29,712 nucleotides of DNA from Thraustochytrium aureum. Its lineage: Eukaryota. The DNA is taken from positions 572,660 to 602,371 of the forward strand of contig BLSG01000402.1 of NCBI GenBank assembly GCA_012862495.1, read 5' to 3'. The notes under the pieces are model-generated. The model made no database searches. It was not told the DNA's origin and saw only the letters and a list, made by a program, of their open reading frames with translations. Below, in pieces: positions 1 to 12,500 of this stretch; the first letter of the stretch is position 1, and every line of letters begins with the position of its first letter. The translations under genes were made by a program, and so were the position numbers.

Positions 1-1
1 G

Positions 2-3000
2 ACACGCCGAAAGCGCTTCCCAAAGCGACTCGAGCTGTACGCCAGCGCAGAGGCGGTCCATGTCCTCCGGCGAGCCAGCCAGCCCGCGAACTGTTTTCAG
101 CGTGCGGAGCAGCTTGAGCTCGTTCGAGCTAGACGCGAACGCCATCGAGTTGCCGGTCAGCGTTTCGTCAAGTTCACTTTCTGCCTCCAAGAGGGCGCGA
201 AGAGCGACGAGGTCGTCCACAGCGCGCGAGCCGAGCTTCTCCGCAGCCCGGCACAACTCGCTCAGGAGCCCACGCCGGTTGCTCATCACACGCGAGAGGT
301 TCTGGACCACCTTGGTCGCCTTGTTGAACGTCGCATCGGTACAGGTGTCCACCGTCAACACGTCAGCGAGGAAGCGGAGCCGGGCCTGGTCCACCTCGCG
401 CGACGGCACACGGACAACGTCCGCTGCACCAGCAGGCAGCGGCTTCGCTTCGTCGCTGGCTTTGCTCTCCGTCACTTTGGCCTCGGCGCCATCGCTGTTG
501 GCCCCCGCGCCAGCGCCTCCAGAAGAGCTGGCGCCAGCGGTGTCTCCTTGGCCCGCCTTGGCGCCCCCCTCCTCCTCCTCAGCCTTGCGCCGCGCAGATT
601 CGAGCGGGTCCTCGAGGAGTCCAAGCGGCGCGGTCACCAAGGCCAGGAGATCCACCACACCAGAGAGGTGAACAGAGCTCAGCTTGTACTCGCGCAGCGA
701 CAAGAGCTCCAAAATGGTCTCCAGGCAAGGGAAAGACCCGACCTCCAGCGGTTCGCCCTTCGCGCCAGGCCGGACGCTCACCACATTGGCCTTGCTTCCA
801 CTCACCAAAAGGTGAAGCATCATCCGGCTGCTTTTCGTCCCAATGTGCTTGAGCATGTCCAGCCCGCGCCGAGCAACAAGCGGAGGGACGAGCTCCACTT
901 CCCTCCCCTTCCAGTCTGTCGTCAGGGCGCTTGTTGTCGCGCTCGACGAAAGAGCGAACGCGGTGTCGACGGGACTGCCGAAGACGCGGCGCGGGATCCA
1001 CCCCAACTTCGACCCGCCCTTCACTGCGCGTGGGCTCAGCATGGTGAGGAGCGTCTCCACGACGAACACCCTGCTCTTTGGGTGCAAGCAGAGGTTGCCG
1101 AGTACTTCCTTCATGCTGCTCCGACGCGAAAGCTGGAGCAAGAAAAGCAGACGCGAAAGGGTCTGCACTTCTTCCCGCGAGACAAGTGCCTTGCCCTCGA
1201 GGTCGGCCTCGATTTGGAGCTCGTCTTTCGGGCGCGCCGGCTCGCTCGCGGCGCCTGTAGCGCCGGCCGCGGTTGCGCCCCGACCACGAGACCGGTGGTA
1301 CTCTTCCTGAGCGCGATACACGTGCCTCTGACGGAGTGCTTCGGCCTCTGCGCGGAGGTGCGAGGGGAGCTGCGCAATTACAGATTCGTCCGATGAAATG
1401 AGAACGTCGCGGCGCAGCTCAGGGTCCAGCGAGGCAATGAATGATGCCGGATCCATGTCCTCGGCGTTCGCGATGTCGGCCGGCGCCTCTGCGTGCGCTC
1501 CAGATGCGCCCGCGCCACCTCCAGAGCGAATGATCTCTTCGCGAATATCGTCTGGCATGGCGGCAAGAAATTCGTCCTGTTCCGAGTTGCTTGCGCCACT
1601 GTTCACAGAAATCCCGTGCTGTGCCAACACTTCGAGTCGCATAAAGTCGGGAAGACTTGCCCACACTTCGGGGTCCACGCCAGGCGGAATTGGCAAGTCG
1701 CCCGAGGGAGCAGCGTCAGCACCATCTGCGCCCGAAACGCCTTCGGCAGCTTCTGCGCTCTCCGCGGCGTGGGTGGCCTCCTCATCAACCTCAGCGCTAC
1801 GTGCTGCGGTAGCTCCGTCGGCAGCTTGTTCTGTGCCGGATCCTTCGCCCACCGCCGGCGCAGCGTCGTCCGTTTCCATCGCAGAGTCAGGGTCAACGGC
1901 GCTCTCGCGGTCATGACGCTCTGCGGGGATCGCGTTGCCATCAGCTCCGGTGTCCATGCTCAAAAGAAGGGCGGCAGCCAAGGAGGTCTCCTCGTCTCCG
2001 CCAGCTTCGTCTCCGCCAGCTTCGTCTCCGCCAGCTTCGGCGTCTCCGCCAGCTTCGTCGTCGTCGTTGTCTTCCTCCATCGCGACGGGGCCGCCAGCGG
2101 CAATCGCTGCATCGCCTTCGCCCTCCTGCACGACGTCTGGAAGGACGCTTTCACTCTCGCTTGCCGGAGGAGGCCCAGAAGCACTTGCACCAGAACCAGC
2201 CTCACTGACAGGCGTCGGCTCTTCATCCGCGGTTGCGTCCGGCGCGGCACCTGCAGGCCCGCTAGAGCTGCCGCCGACAGCGCCAGGCTCCTCCTGGCTC
2301 GTTGCATTGTTGTTTTCACCGCCTGAGGATGCTTGCCGAGTCCCGTCGCCGCCAACCGCAACCTCGGCCTCAGCAACTTGCGTTTCAGCAGGCTCGTCTA
2401 CAGCGAGAGCCTCGAAATGCTCGTTCAACGCGCGCATGTCGCTAGCATCGGCTTGGGTCAAGCCGCCCGCCCAGCGCACGAGCTGGTCTTGCAGCTCTTG
2501 CGGAAGCAGAGAGAAAGCCTGGCTCGGGTGGTTGGGGCTCTGGTCTGCAGCCCCATCAAAGGTCGCATCGAACGGGCGGAACCCAAAAGGCGGCCCCACG
2601 CCGCGCCGCGGAACCGTGCGCAACCCGCCATACCCAAGCACCCCTGACGGAGCGCCGCGCGCAGACGGACGCGAACTCTGATGCGCCGTGAGCAACTGGT
2701 GCTCCATTACGTCTACGAGCGGGGCCTCCGCAACCCCTGCGTCTGCGGGAGCCTCTGCAGCAGGGCCGCGATCGTCCGCCCGTCTTGAATTACCAGTGCC
2801 GAAACCGCTGGAAACCCGGGCGAATCCATTGAGGACACCGATTGAGCTGTTCGATAGTCCAGGGAGCGCTCGGCTCGTAAACTCAACATTGGCACCGTGC
2901 GAAGAGTCTGACGCTGTCGGGCGCCGAGCTGTTTGTCGGGTTCGGCTGCCCTGCCCGTAGCCACTTGCGGACGTTGGTGGCCGAGAAAACAGTCCGGTAC

Positions 3001-6000
3001 TCTGCATGGGTCCAGGAGGCCCAGGAGGGCCCGATTGCATGGAAGCGACAAAGTCAGGAAGCGTGAACGAGTTGAAAGGCGCCTGCTCGAACGCAATCGG
3101 TTGGAGATCGTTTCCGTGGCGGCTTCCCCCATTTCGCCGACTCGATCTTGGAACGTCACGAATGTGCACGCCACCTCCGAGGTTGATCCAATCTGGCCCT
3201 CGCGGAGCCCCACCGCCGCCCTCGCCGCCCTCAGAATCAACTTGCATCGAAATGCCTGCCCTAGCGCGAACTCTGTCGAGAAAGTGGGCCATGTCCTCGT
3301 CGTCCTGCCCCGCGGCGGCCATTAGAGGGTCGACGTACTCGTCTTCGTCTCCCTCGTCGTAGGCGTCGCGCGGCCCGCCATATGAATTGCGCGCCACAAA
3401 AGCGCGCTGAAGGTTGACAAAGTCTTGCATCTCAACATCGAATCTCTCGCCATCCTCGTCGATCTCCTCATCCTCCCCGTCCTCCTCCTCGTCGTCCTCC
3501 TCCTCATCATCGTCGTCATCATCGTCGTCGTCTTCGTCATCATCGTCTTCGTCGTCATCATTCTCGTCTTCGTTTCCGTCTTCGTTGCCCTCCTGTTCGT
3601 TATCGTTATCGTCGTCCTCGTCGTCGCTTTCCTCCTCTTCTTCTTCAGCGTTGTCACTTTCGCTGGCCTCTTCGAATGCATTTCGCAATCGTCCGGAAAT
3701 CTGAGAGAACGCGTTTATGTCGGCATCGTCCCCGCTGTCGTCCATGTCTTCGTGGGCGTCTTCGTCGTGGGCGTCAGGGTCAGTCTCACTGTCCTCCGCG
3801 ACGTTTCTACGCGCGCTCGAGAGGAACGCGTTGCTGTCCTGCTCAGCTTGAGTGGACCGTGCTTCACCTGGGGGGGCAGACCCGGCAACAGCGTCAACGC
3901 GGTCTCGCTCACGTTGCGCGATAGCAGTGAGCATGAGGTCGACGTCACCGCGGGGCGAAGTGCTCCTTTGGCCAGTGCCTGTGCCAGCTGTCGAGGTGGA
4001 CACCACGGAGCCAGCTGAAGAACGCGTTCGCAGGTGCCTGCTGAGAGTTCTCTTACGGCGCCGGTTGAGCGTTTGCGTATGGTGGACCAGGTTCTTCCCT
4101 GTCAACATGCTGACGAAGACGAGGATATTGGAAACGACGCCCGGGGCGATCGGGTGATCCATGTTGATGGCCGAGAGCGCGCGCACGAGCGTTCGGACGA
4201 GGCCCTTGCCATGCAACAGTCTCGCCGTCTCCCACGAAACGGCCGCCTTTTTGGGACCTTGCTGAGCGTTTGTCGTTGATGGTGCTCTGCTTGGTTCTCG
4301 CTGCAGGATGAGCCGCCCGAGGCTCGTCCAGTTTTGCACGGCGAACATTCGCAAGGTGCGCTGCTCGTCGCCCTCTGCACTTTCCCCAGGCGTTGTTGCA
4401 GCTACGGCGGTGAAGCACTTGCTGAGCGTCGAAACCACGACGCGGCGCGCGCGGCTCGAGCTGTGGTTGGTCAGCGCTGTGAGCAACTGAAAGGTGCTTC
4501 GCGTGACTCCGCGAACGAGCGCAGACGGCAAAACGGTCTCGGAAATGAGAACACCTTCCAGCAGAAAAGAAAGGAGCGAAGCCACCTTCGTGGGAGGCTG
4601 GACCCCTAATTTGTTCCGCCACAGGTTCTCAATAAAGTCGACCACCTCGGCAGGTGGCGCCGTTTCCATGATGGAGTGCACAGACCAAGGCTGAAGACTG
4701 ACGAGGTCTTTCAGCAACGTTATCACGTGCTCGAGTCCGAGAAAGGGCTCCTCAGCCGGGCCAGCGGCGCCGTTGTTTCCGACAGCGGCGAGGTACAGGC
4801 GAAAGACGTCCCCGATAAGCTGCTGGATGATTCGCTGGCGGACTGAAGCGCACTCGTCCTCTGCGGAATCCTCGGATTTTAGCGCGTTGAGCCGAGTGGA
4901 TGCATCCGGACTGGCGCGAACATTGATCTGGCCGTCTTCCCGCGACCGCTCGATTACCAAGACAGCCCCGGCTGCCTCGTAGAAGAGCTTTGGGTCTCGG
5001 CGCTGCAGCGGCTCAACTAGGTCTAGCAGCGCGCGCAGCGCGATGGGCTTCGTGTTGGGCTGGCCCCGACCCGAGGCCCTCTCCTGAAGGCACTTGATTG
5101 TGTTGATGAGAACCGCTGCCATCGACACGCGAAGCGAGTCGGGGTGCTCCAACAACCGCGTCACGAGCATGCTCACTGCAGTGAGGTGGCCGTGGAACCG
5201 CGTCTTGGCTGGAAGCTTGGTCAGGAGAACCTCCACAGCGCCATGGCCTCCGTCGTGCGGACCGTCCTTCAAGAAAACTCCGACAAGGCGGTAGCTCTCG
5301 AGCATGCGTACCAGTAAAACCAAAATGGATTGCACCTCGCCCGGCGCTAGGGCCTCGTGGTACGACCGCAGCAAATGGCAGCAAATCTTGACACAAACCA
5401 CCTGGTCCTCCGGTCCAAGCAGCGGGTCCACTGCAACGTCATCGTCCTTTGCACTATCCCGGTCGGCGGTCCGCGGCGCCTGCGACGCGCCGCGGCCTTT
5501 CGCGACAAGCCCGTCCAGGCGTTGCGCGATCTCTAGAAACACGATGGCCGGGCCGCACCACGAGCGCACGTCCCGATCGCCAGAGCCCATCTCCTGGAGC
5601 AGTCGTTTGCAGAGCGCGCGAACGCTAGGGAGGGAGCTAACCCTGGCGGCCTCCTCCCTGGCCTCTGCGTTGCTTGCCGGCCTGGCCGGCGAGGCGGTCG
5701 AGCTTTTGGACCCAGAGAGAACCTCGTCCAAAAGCACGACGAGAACAGTAAACAATGCTCGTGACGACGGGCCGCTCTCCTCGGCCGTGACGGACTGTGC
5801 GACTTCGCGAGCAAACGTGTCGATTGCGTCCATCGAGTGCACCCGCGGCGCCGCCTTGCGAGCAGCAACCGTCAACCTCGCCAGAGCGCTGACCACCTTG
5901 TCTGGGCGTGGCTCCCCTTCCTCATTCTTGGAGCGGAGCACCGCGGCGCAGACACCGACGACGAGGTCTCGCAAATCCTGCAGAGGACGGCGCCGCGCCT

Positions 6001-9000
6001 CTGCACGCCGCGCAACTGCGGCCAGCTGCTGTGACCGTTTCTCCTCCGCCGACATGGCCTTGGACTCCTGCTCGGCTCGCTCCCGCTCTTCAGCGGCCGT
6101 CTTTTCGCTTGCGGCCCGGTCCTGCTCGCCTGGCTGGAACTCTCTCGTTCACCTGACGACGCGCTCGTCCCCATGGCACCCTCATCAGAGCCAGAGCCCA
6201 TAGAGAGACGAAGAGCGAGCGCGAGATCATCCTCGTTGATGTCCTCACCGTCGGTGCCGGCGATCGCACTGGCCTCCTCTGCAGGGGTGGCCGCGTTCGA
6301 AAGAAGCCAATTGGACACGATCTGGACGTCGTTCGTTCGCAGCGTTCGCATCCCGCGGCGAATGTGATCCGGGAAGAGCCCCAAAAGCTCGAGTTGTGAT
6401 ACGACAGACTCGTCGGGGACGAAAGCCGGGGCTGGCCTCGCGCCCCGGCCTCCGATTGACTCCATCCTCGACCTCATCATGTCAAAGTGAGGCAAGGTGA
6501 ACCCGCCTTCGAAGATCTCAGAGATGTTCAGTTCGGCGCCCCCGTCGCTCAGGTCACGATGTCGAGCGGCGCTTGGCGCTGTGCCGTCGACTGAAGACTT
6601 TTCGGGGACAAGGTCCTTGTCGTCCAAAGAGCGCCCAACGAGATGGGATACGAGGGGGGCAAGCGCGGTGATCACGCCGTCGGGCAAGAAAGGGAACCTT
6701 GGGTGTTTCAAGCGCTTGAGGAGCTCCGTCACAACCGCGTTTTGGATCAGGATGACCAGCTCCTGCGGTTCGGGCCATGATTCGAGCATGCCGAAGGGCA
6801 CCGCCGGGGACGCTGCGTTTGCCACGTTGAACTTGAGGTCCCCAAGCGCGAGGAGGAGTCCAGCTACGCTTTGGAAGACGGCAGGTAAAAACCCAAGTTC
6901 CGCATTCCTTCCCAAGGCTTGAGGGTCGGCGTCAAGCAGCGCATCGAGGACTGAAAACGCGTCGCGGACAAGGCGCTCCAGAATGTCCCCCCTCTCGTCG
7001 ACTTGCTTGCTCTTCGCCCCAGGCTCTTCGAGCATCTTGGTGTCTGTGTCGCCGTCATCGGAGCCAGGTCCGTTCTCGGCCTCCGTTGGAGCAGCCCGGA
7101 GGGTGTTGACGAGGACAAGGTTGGCGCGCGATTGGCCCTTGCGAACGTCCGCGATGCACGAGTTGGCAAGCTGCAGCACGCTGCAGAGGAAGAGCAAGGG
7201 CGCCTTTGAGTCCGGCGGCGCGGCAGCGGCCCGGTCGTGGTTCCCAGAAACAAAGTCGAGGTGGTCGGCGAAAACCGTGCGCAGCTGCCCTGCCATCTGC
7301 CTGGCCAGTCCCGCAGCGACGTCCGACACCGTTTGTTGGCGGTGGCGGCCCGACGAAGATGGCGCCCCGCAGAGCCGAGCGAGGTTTCGCAACAGCTTCT
7401 GAAAGTTGGCGTTGAAGCGACTGAGGTCGCCCATGGTCAGGTCCCGGAGCATTCGAGCAAGGGGGGGCGGCGACAGCGGCGCCTGGTCCGCCGAGCCGTC
7501 CTCCATCGCCGAAGTTTCGGATGCATTGGCGGCCTTTGCACGGGCCAGCGCGCGCTCTCGAGAGGGGGCATAATGGCAAGCAACCTCCCACCGCAACGTG
7601 CGATCGACCTCTGCCAGCGCCTGCAGCGTGGCGAGACGCTTGGGCGACATGAGCTCAGCGAGCCAGCTACGCTGCGTCCTGCTCGATCCTGTGCTCGGCA
7701 GGCCGCTTTGAACGCACTTGGACAAGAGCATGCAGAGCCACTCGACTGTGGTAAGCAGCTTGCTGTGCTTCGCGGCTGCCTGGAGCTGCGGCGAGCCTGC
7801 TAGCGCGGCGTCGACCTGTTCGACCTCCAGGTCGGCCGGGATCGAATCGAGGACCGAGAACGACGGGCCGCCCGCCGCACGAACTTGCAGGAACTCGTCA
7901 ATCTTGCAACCGAGGTGGTCGACGAGCTCGTTAATGGTCGTAAGGCCGCCGCGAACTATGCCAATCAGCGAGTACACGACCATTGTGAGCGACATGGAAG
8001 CCTTCTGCCCGTCGAATTCCTCGCCCGTGCGCGAAAGAAACGCCCCCTCATCGGGCAGAGTGTTTGGGTAGAGCTCGAGCAAGAGCTTGAGTCCGCCACC
8101 TTGGACAAACACTTTCGAGCACTCAGAGTCCTCGAGAATGGGGCTGATCATCTGCAACGCGTCGTACAGGCACCGTTGTCGCAGCGCCGCCTCGTCCTCC
8201 TCGGGCCGCCCCGCCGTTTGCTCGGTGGACGGGGCTTTGGCCGCCGCAGCGGGGCCCAGAACAGCGCTGGCGTTGCCCAGCAGCTCAACAATCGAGCCCA
8301 CGACGCCGTCCCTGAGCTGCGCAAACGTGTGAACGACGGCGAGAATGTTGCTCCCTGTGGTTGCCGCGCAGTCGCGGTTCATGGCCTTGACGTAGCGCGC
8401 GTCGAAAAACACGTTGACAACGGTCTTTAGGACGCTCGGTTGGAGCTTGGTCTCGATCATCTCGAGCGCGTCCTCGTTCAGACTCAGCGCCGCTACGAGG
8501 ATGGGGGCAACGCGGACCGAATCGTCGCCGACGGGGAGCCTGCCCTCGGAAATAACGCGAAGCGCCGAAGCCGCAAGGCCGCTCTCGAAGACAGTCCTTG
8601 CGCTTGCCGGGTCGGCGTTCAGGACCTCGCTCAATAGCATGGCGGCCCGAGCAAAGGTCGACCCGATGAACGAGTCCGAGTTGTCAAACAGCACCTGCAG
8701 ACAGCAGTTAAGTTTGGACTTGGCGGACCGCAGGCGGTCGCTCATCCCGCCGGCCCCGACCCGGACGTTGCCAGCCGACATGTGCATGGTCCCAAGCAAG
8801 GAGACCAGCGAGTGGGCCAGAGAGAGTTCGCTCAGGTGCATCGAGCCGGGTTGTACGGTGCCGGAGCCGCGATGGAGGACACTCAGCTCCTCTTCTCCTG
8901 CGCCCCCGTCGTTCTCGGCCTCGGTTCCCGTGGCCCGACCCGCCTCGTCCCCGCGCTCGCTACCCGAGTCGTCGGCGTGAGACTCTGCGGCGGCGGCGGA

Positions 9001-11182
9001 GCTTGATGTGCTGGAGCCGGCAGAGGGGGCCGCCTGCTCCGAGTCTCGCTCGGCTTTGGCCGTTCCGTCAGACTTGGTATCAGGAGGCTTGTCCTCGTTG
9101 GACGCAGAGGCCCCGCTGGCTGCCTCGCTTCCAGCTGCACCATCCGAGGCAGCTGCAACAAAGGCGGCACGGGCCGCGGCGACGGCCTCCGGAAAACGCT
9201 CTTCAGAGGCGACCTGGCCGCGCTTGAGGAGCGACTCCAAAAGGTCGATGACGAGGTCGATAAGGTCCAGGTCCTTTGCCCACCGCGCCGCGGCGTTGCT
9301 GACGTCAACTGCGTTGTCGAGGACGTACATGCAAAGGGCGATGATCCGCGCGCGGCGCGGGCACTCGTGCTGGGAAAGGTCCTCGCGGGTAGCCTTGCGC
9401 ACCGCCACTTCGGCAACAAGCGCGGCGAGGATCGAGTGCACGAGACCGGCGTCAGTGAGGGACGCCGCGCCTTGCGATATGGTCACGATGGACCAGGTTA
9501 ATGCCAGGACAGACTCCATCCACCTGTACTGGTCGACACGAAGATCCTCGAGGACCACTGGGGAGTTCGGGTGCCTTGAGCCGAGTGGGTCGGCGCTTGG
9601 CGCTCCAGGAGGCTCTTCGGGCACAACGGCAGGCCTGTCGTGGGCAGACCGCGGCTGGTCGGTTGCCGCGGCTGCAAAGGCCATTCCGAAACTTAGATCG
9701 ACGTCGAGGTTGGCCTTTTCTTCGTCCTCCGCCCTCTTCAGCTGCTGCGCTGCCCGCGACGCTTGCTGCTCGAGCGTGGAGGTGGTGGAGCGCAACAGAG
9801 AGAGCAAGATACCATGCGAGTCCCCCCGGACAGCTCCGAGCGCTTGCAGTACGCCAGACTCGCGGCCGACCGGTCCAAGGTCGGCGTCGTCCCGCTCTCG
9901 CGTCATCGCTTCGAGGGTGTGCAGAGCCTGCAAGCTGATTTCGAGCGGCACGAGCTTGTCCGCGGCGGTCATCGAGCCCGGGTTCAGACTGCTGCTGCGC
10001 CGGCGCGGGGCCCTGGGCGCGAGGGACTCGCTTTGAATCTCCCCGCCAAGCGCGCGGTCGTCAAGGAGCATCGCGAGCTCGCGCGTCAGCTCCGGTTCGT
10101 TCTGGAAGTAGACGAGCATGAGCGACTGATTGGCGGCCACGCACAGCAGCGTGGAGAGCGCCAGGAGTCGTTGCCTCACGCGGCGCACGCGCGTCTCGAG
10201 GCGGGCGAAGCTATGCGCAAGCTTGACGCGCTGGAGGAGCGCGAAGCGGTGCTCCTCCGGAACGTTGTACTCGCTCGCAAGTTGCCGGAACAGCTCGACA
10301 GGATCTTTGGCGGCGACAACAGCCGCTGAGCTTTTGTGTATCCTCGTGAGTCCCGCCGTCAAGCAAGGCCCTGCTGCAGATTGCGACTCCGCGCCTGGCA
10401 TGGGCGAGTTTGCGCGCGGGTCGTCGTTCGTCGACGCGGCCGCCCCGGACGCATCTGGAGCGCGCGCTGGTTTAGGTTGGGTGAAGAACTCGAATTGGAG
10501 CTCAGTGCCGACACTCGGAAGGCGCGGGGAGCCGTCGTCCTCCAGAACGCAGGCGCGGAGGTCAAATCCCTGCGCGCGGCTGCCCCAGCTCTGGGCAAAG
10601 CACATGAGCAACTTGCTCACCTGAAAAGAGTTTTCCAGTTTCGTGCGCTCGTACTCGTCGTCGTCCGGGTGCACGTGAAAGCGTGGCGAGGACGCCAGAC
10701 CAGCGAGCACTTCAAGCGCCAGCTCAGCGATGTCGTCATCGGCACATGCCAGGAGCGCGGCGATGTGCTCGATCGAGTTGTAAAGGCGCTTTGAGCGCCC
10801 GTTCTCGAGTAGGAGGGCTGAGAACCGCAGGCAGGCACGCGCTGCGCGCGCTGCGCCGCAGCCAAGCGCTGCGGTGTTGTCTGCGGACCCAGCGCCGCCT
10901 TGAGTCTTTTTTGCTACGAGGGACTCGACAAGGATCCTGCCTTCGCTGCACAAGACCTGCACAGCTCGCTCTAGAAAGTCGTCTAGGCGATCGAGGACGC
11001 CAACCCACGCAAGCAGGTTGGCGAGCCCGCCGAGGGGGCTCCCAGTCCGAGTTGATCGCTTCTAGCGCAGCCACGAGTCCCGCGTCGCCCTCGGCGAATT
11101 CGATTGCGCGAATCGCCTCCTGGTGCGCCGCGGGGACGTGACCAACCCACCTAAACGCGGCATCCTTCTCGCTGACCTTCAT
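2..11182 (-). CDS. HUWE1: HUWE1/Tom1/UPL1-type giant HECT E3 ubiquitin ligase; 3'-partial (HECT domain expected beyond position 1); two apparent single-base frame breaks at ~11035 and ~6125-6150
   Basis: Segment 1: ATG at 11182 (MKVSEK...HVPAAHQEAIRAI...SDWEP). After a +1 shift it reads LGGLANLLAWVGVLDRLDDFLERAVQV, resembling the Tom1/UPL1 N-terminal 'W.DLLDRFD' motif. Segment 2 (track ORF 5872..10962): LRFSALLLENGRSKRLYNSIEH (DUF908-like), a DUF913-like helical region, a UBA (FVPDESVVSQLELLG...NWLLSN) and a UIM (EDDLALALRLSM). Segment 3: a different frame from ~6130 to the window edge, apparently stop-free and so absent from the track. It has a long acidic tract, UBM/DUF4414-like repeats (GVDPEVWASLPDFMRLEVL; MDPASFIASLDPELRRDVL) and pre-HECT helices (NELKLLRTLKTV...LESLWEALSAC). 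About 3,700 codons are visible and no intron is needed. Confidence 0.92.
1300..1700 (-). other. Ubiquitin-binding motif (UBM/DUF4414-like) cluster within the E3 ligase
   Basis: The minus-strand frame gives LPIPPGVDPEVWASLPDFMRLEVLAQH, DEFLAAMPDDIREEII, MDPASFIASLDPELRRDVL and VIAQLPSHLRAEAEALR. These match the 'DP.FL.ALP.DIR.EVL' repeat of HUWE1/Tom1. Confidence 0.85.
1993..2055. repeat. 15-bp coding tandem repeat (CGTCTCCGCCAGCTT x4, one 3-bp spacer) encoding EAGGD units
   Basis: Units start at 1993, 2008, 2023 and 2041. The repeat preserves the frame within the E3 ligase acidic linker. Confidence 0.95.
3450..3660 (-). repeat. Low-complexity (TCG/TCA/TCC)n tract encoding a poly-Asp/Glu region of the E3 ligase
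   Basis: Triplet-periodic sequence. It reads poly-Ser or poly-Val/Ile in plus frames and D/E-rich in the minus coding frame. Confidence 0.9.
6195..6423 (-). other. UBA domain followed by a UIM within the E3 ligase
   Basis: FVPDESVVSQLELLGLFPDHIRRGMRTLRTNDVQIVSNWLLSN is followed by INEDDLALALRLSMG, the UBA-UIM order seen in HUWE1/UPL1. Confidence 0.8.
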
Positions 11183-11222
11183 TGCGCCTCCCGAAGGGCC
11201 GACACGGGCCCCGCGCGCTCCG

Positions 11223-11246
11223 CACCACCACCACCACCACCACCAC
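11223..11246. repeat. (CAC)8 microsatellite, i.e. (GTG)8 about 40 nt upstream of the E3 ligase ATG
   Basis: caccaccaccaccaccaccaccac read directly from the sequence. Confidence 0.95.
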
Positions 11247-11479
11247 CTGCCGCTTCCGTGCTAACCGCCGGGCAACTTCTCGGCAACCCTGCGCCGAGCC
11301 GCAGCGCCGTCCGTCTCCGCTCCGTGGCCACGCCCCACACGGCGCCACCGCCCGTTCGTCCGCTCGCTCACGAAGGCACGACCAACAGCAAGCCCAACCG
11401 ACTGCGCGTCTGCACGCAGAACGACCCGCTGGGCTCCTTCCCTCCTCCGTCCCGTCTTCCTTCCTTCCTTCTTTGCTTG

Positions 11480-12460
11480 NNNNNNNNNNNNNNNNNNNNN
11501 NNNNNNNNNNNNNNNNNNNNNNNNNNNNNNNNNNNNNNNNNNNNNNNNNNNNNNNNNNNNNNNNNNNNNNNNNNNNNNNNNNNNNNNNNNNNNNNNNNNN
11601 NNNNNNNNNNNNNNNNNNNNNNNNNNNNNNNNNNNNNNNNNNNNNNNNNNNNNNNNNNNNNNNNNNNNNNNNNNNNNNNNNNNNNNNNNNNNNNNNNNNN
11701 NNNNNNNNNNNNNNNNNNNNNNNNNNNNNNNNNNNNNNNNNNNNNNNNNNNNNNNNNNNNNNNNNNNNNNNNNNNNNNNNNNNNNNNNNNNNNNNNNNNN
11801 NNNNNNNNNNNNNNNNNNNNNNNNNNNNNNNNNNNNNNNNNNNNNNNNNNNNNNNNNNNNNNNNNNNNNNNNNNNNNNNNNNNNNNNNNNNNNNNNNNNN
11901 NNNNNNNNNNNNNNNNNNNNNNNNNNNNNNNNNNNNNNNNNNNNNNNNNNNNNNNNNNNNNNNNNNNNNNNNNNNNNNNNNNNNNNNNNNNNNNNNNNNN
12001 NNNNNNNNNNNNNNNNNNNNNNNNNNNNNNNNNNNNNNNNNNNNNNNNNNNNNNNNNNNNNNNNNNNNNNNNNNNNNNNNNNNNNNNNNNNNNNNNNNNN
12101 NNNNNNNNNNNNNNNNNNNNNNNNNNNNNNNNNNNNNNNNNNNNNNNNNNNNNNNNNNNNNNNNNNNNNNNNNNNNNNNNNNNNNNNNNNNNNNNNNNNN
12201 NNNNNNNNNNNNNNNNNNNNNNNNNNNNNNNNNNNNNNNNNNNNNNNNNNNNNNNNNNNNNNNNNNNNNNNNNNNNNNNNNNNNNNNNNNNNNNNNNNNN
12301 NNNNNNNNNNNNNNNNNNNNNNNNNNNNNNNNNNNNNNNNNNNNNNNNNNNNNNNNNNNNNNNNNNNNNNNNNNNNNNNNNNNNNNNNNNNNNNNNNNNN
12401 NNNNNNNNNNNNNNNNNNNNNNNNNNNNNNNNNNNNNNNNNNNNNNNNNNNNNNNNNNNN
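11480..12460. other. Assembly gap or masked region (981 N)
   Basis: Run of N between the divergent E3 ligase and microprotein genes. Confidence 1.
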
Positions 12461-12500
12461 TCATGCGAGCTTTGCCTCGGGCCGGTTCGGGGCAGGCACG

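Noticed and set aside
5872..6125. C-terminal tail and stop of the 1696-aa track ORF as the true gene end
   Set aside because: The tail is Arg/Ser-rich out-of-frame sequence. The adjacent frame (DRAASEKTAAEERERAEQE...) continues with HUWE1-like sequence.
6131..6153. A 23-nt GT...AG micro-intron that would repair the E3 ligase frame
   Set aside because: It is arithmetically possible, but it has no branch point or pyrimidine tract. The two well-supported introns here are 93 and 112 nt, and no comparable intron explains the monooxygenase break without deleting EIHYDNP.
60..10794. Many Ser-rich or Arg-rich plus-strand ORFs, including the hydrophobic 3425..4018 'VVIIVV' ORF
   Set aside because: These are antisense shadows of the GC-rich E3 ligase. 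The apparent transmembrane ORF is simply the complement of a poly-Asp/Glu tract.
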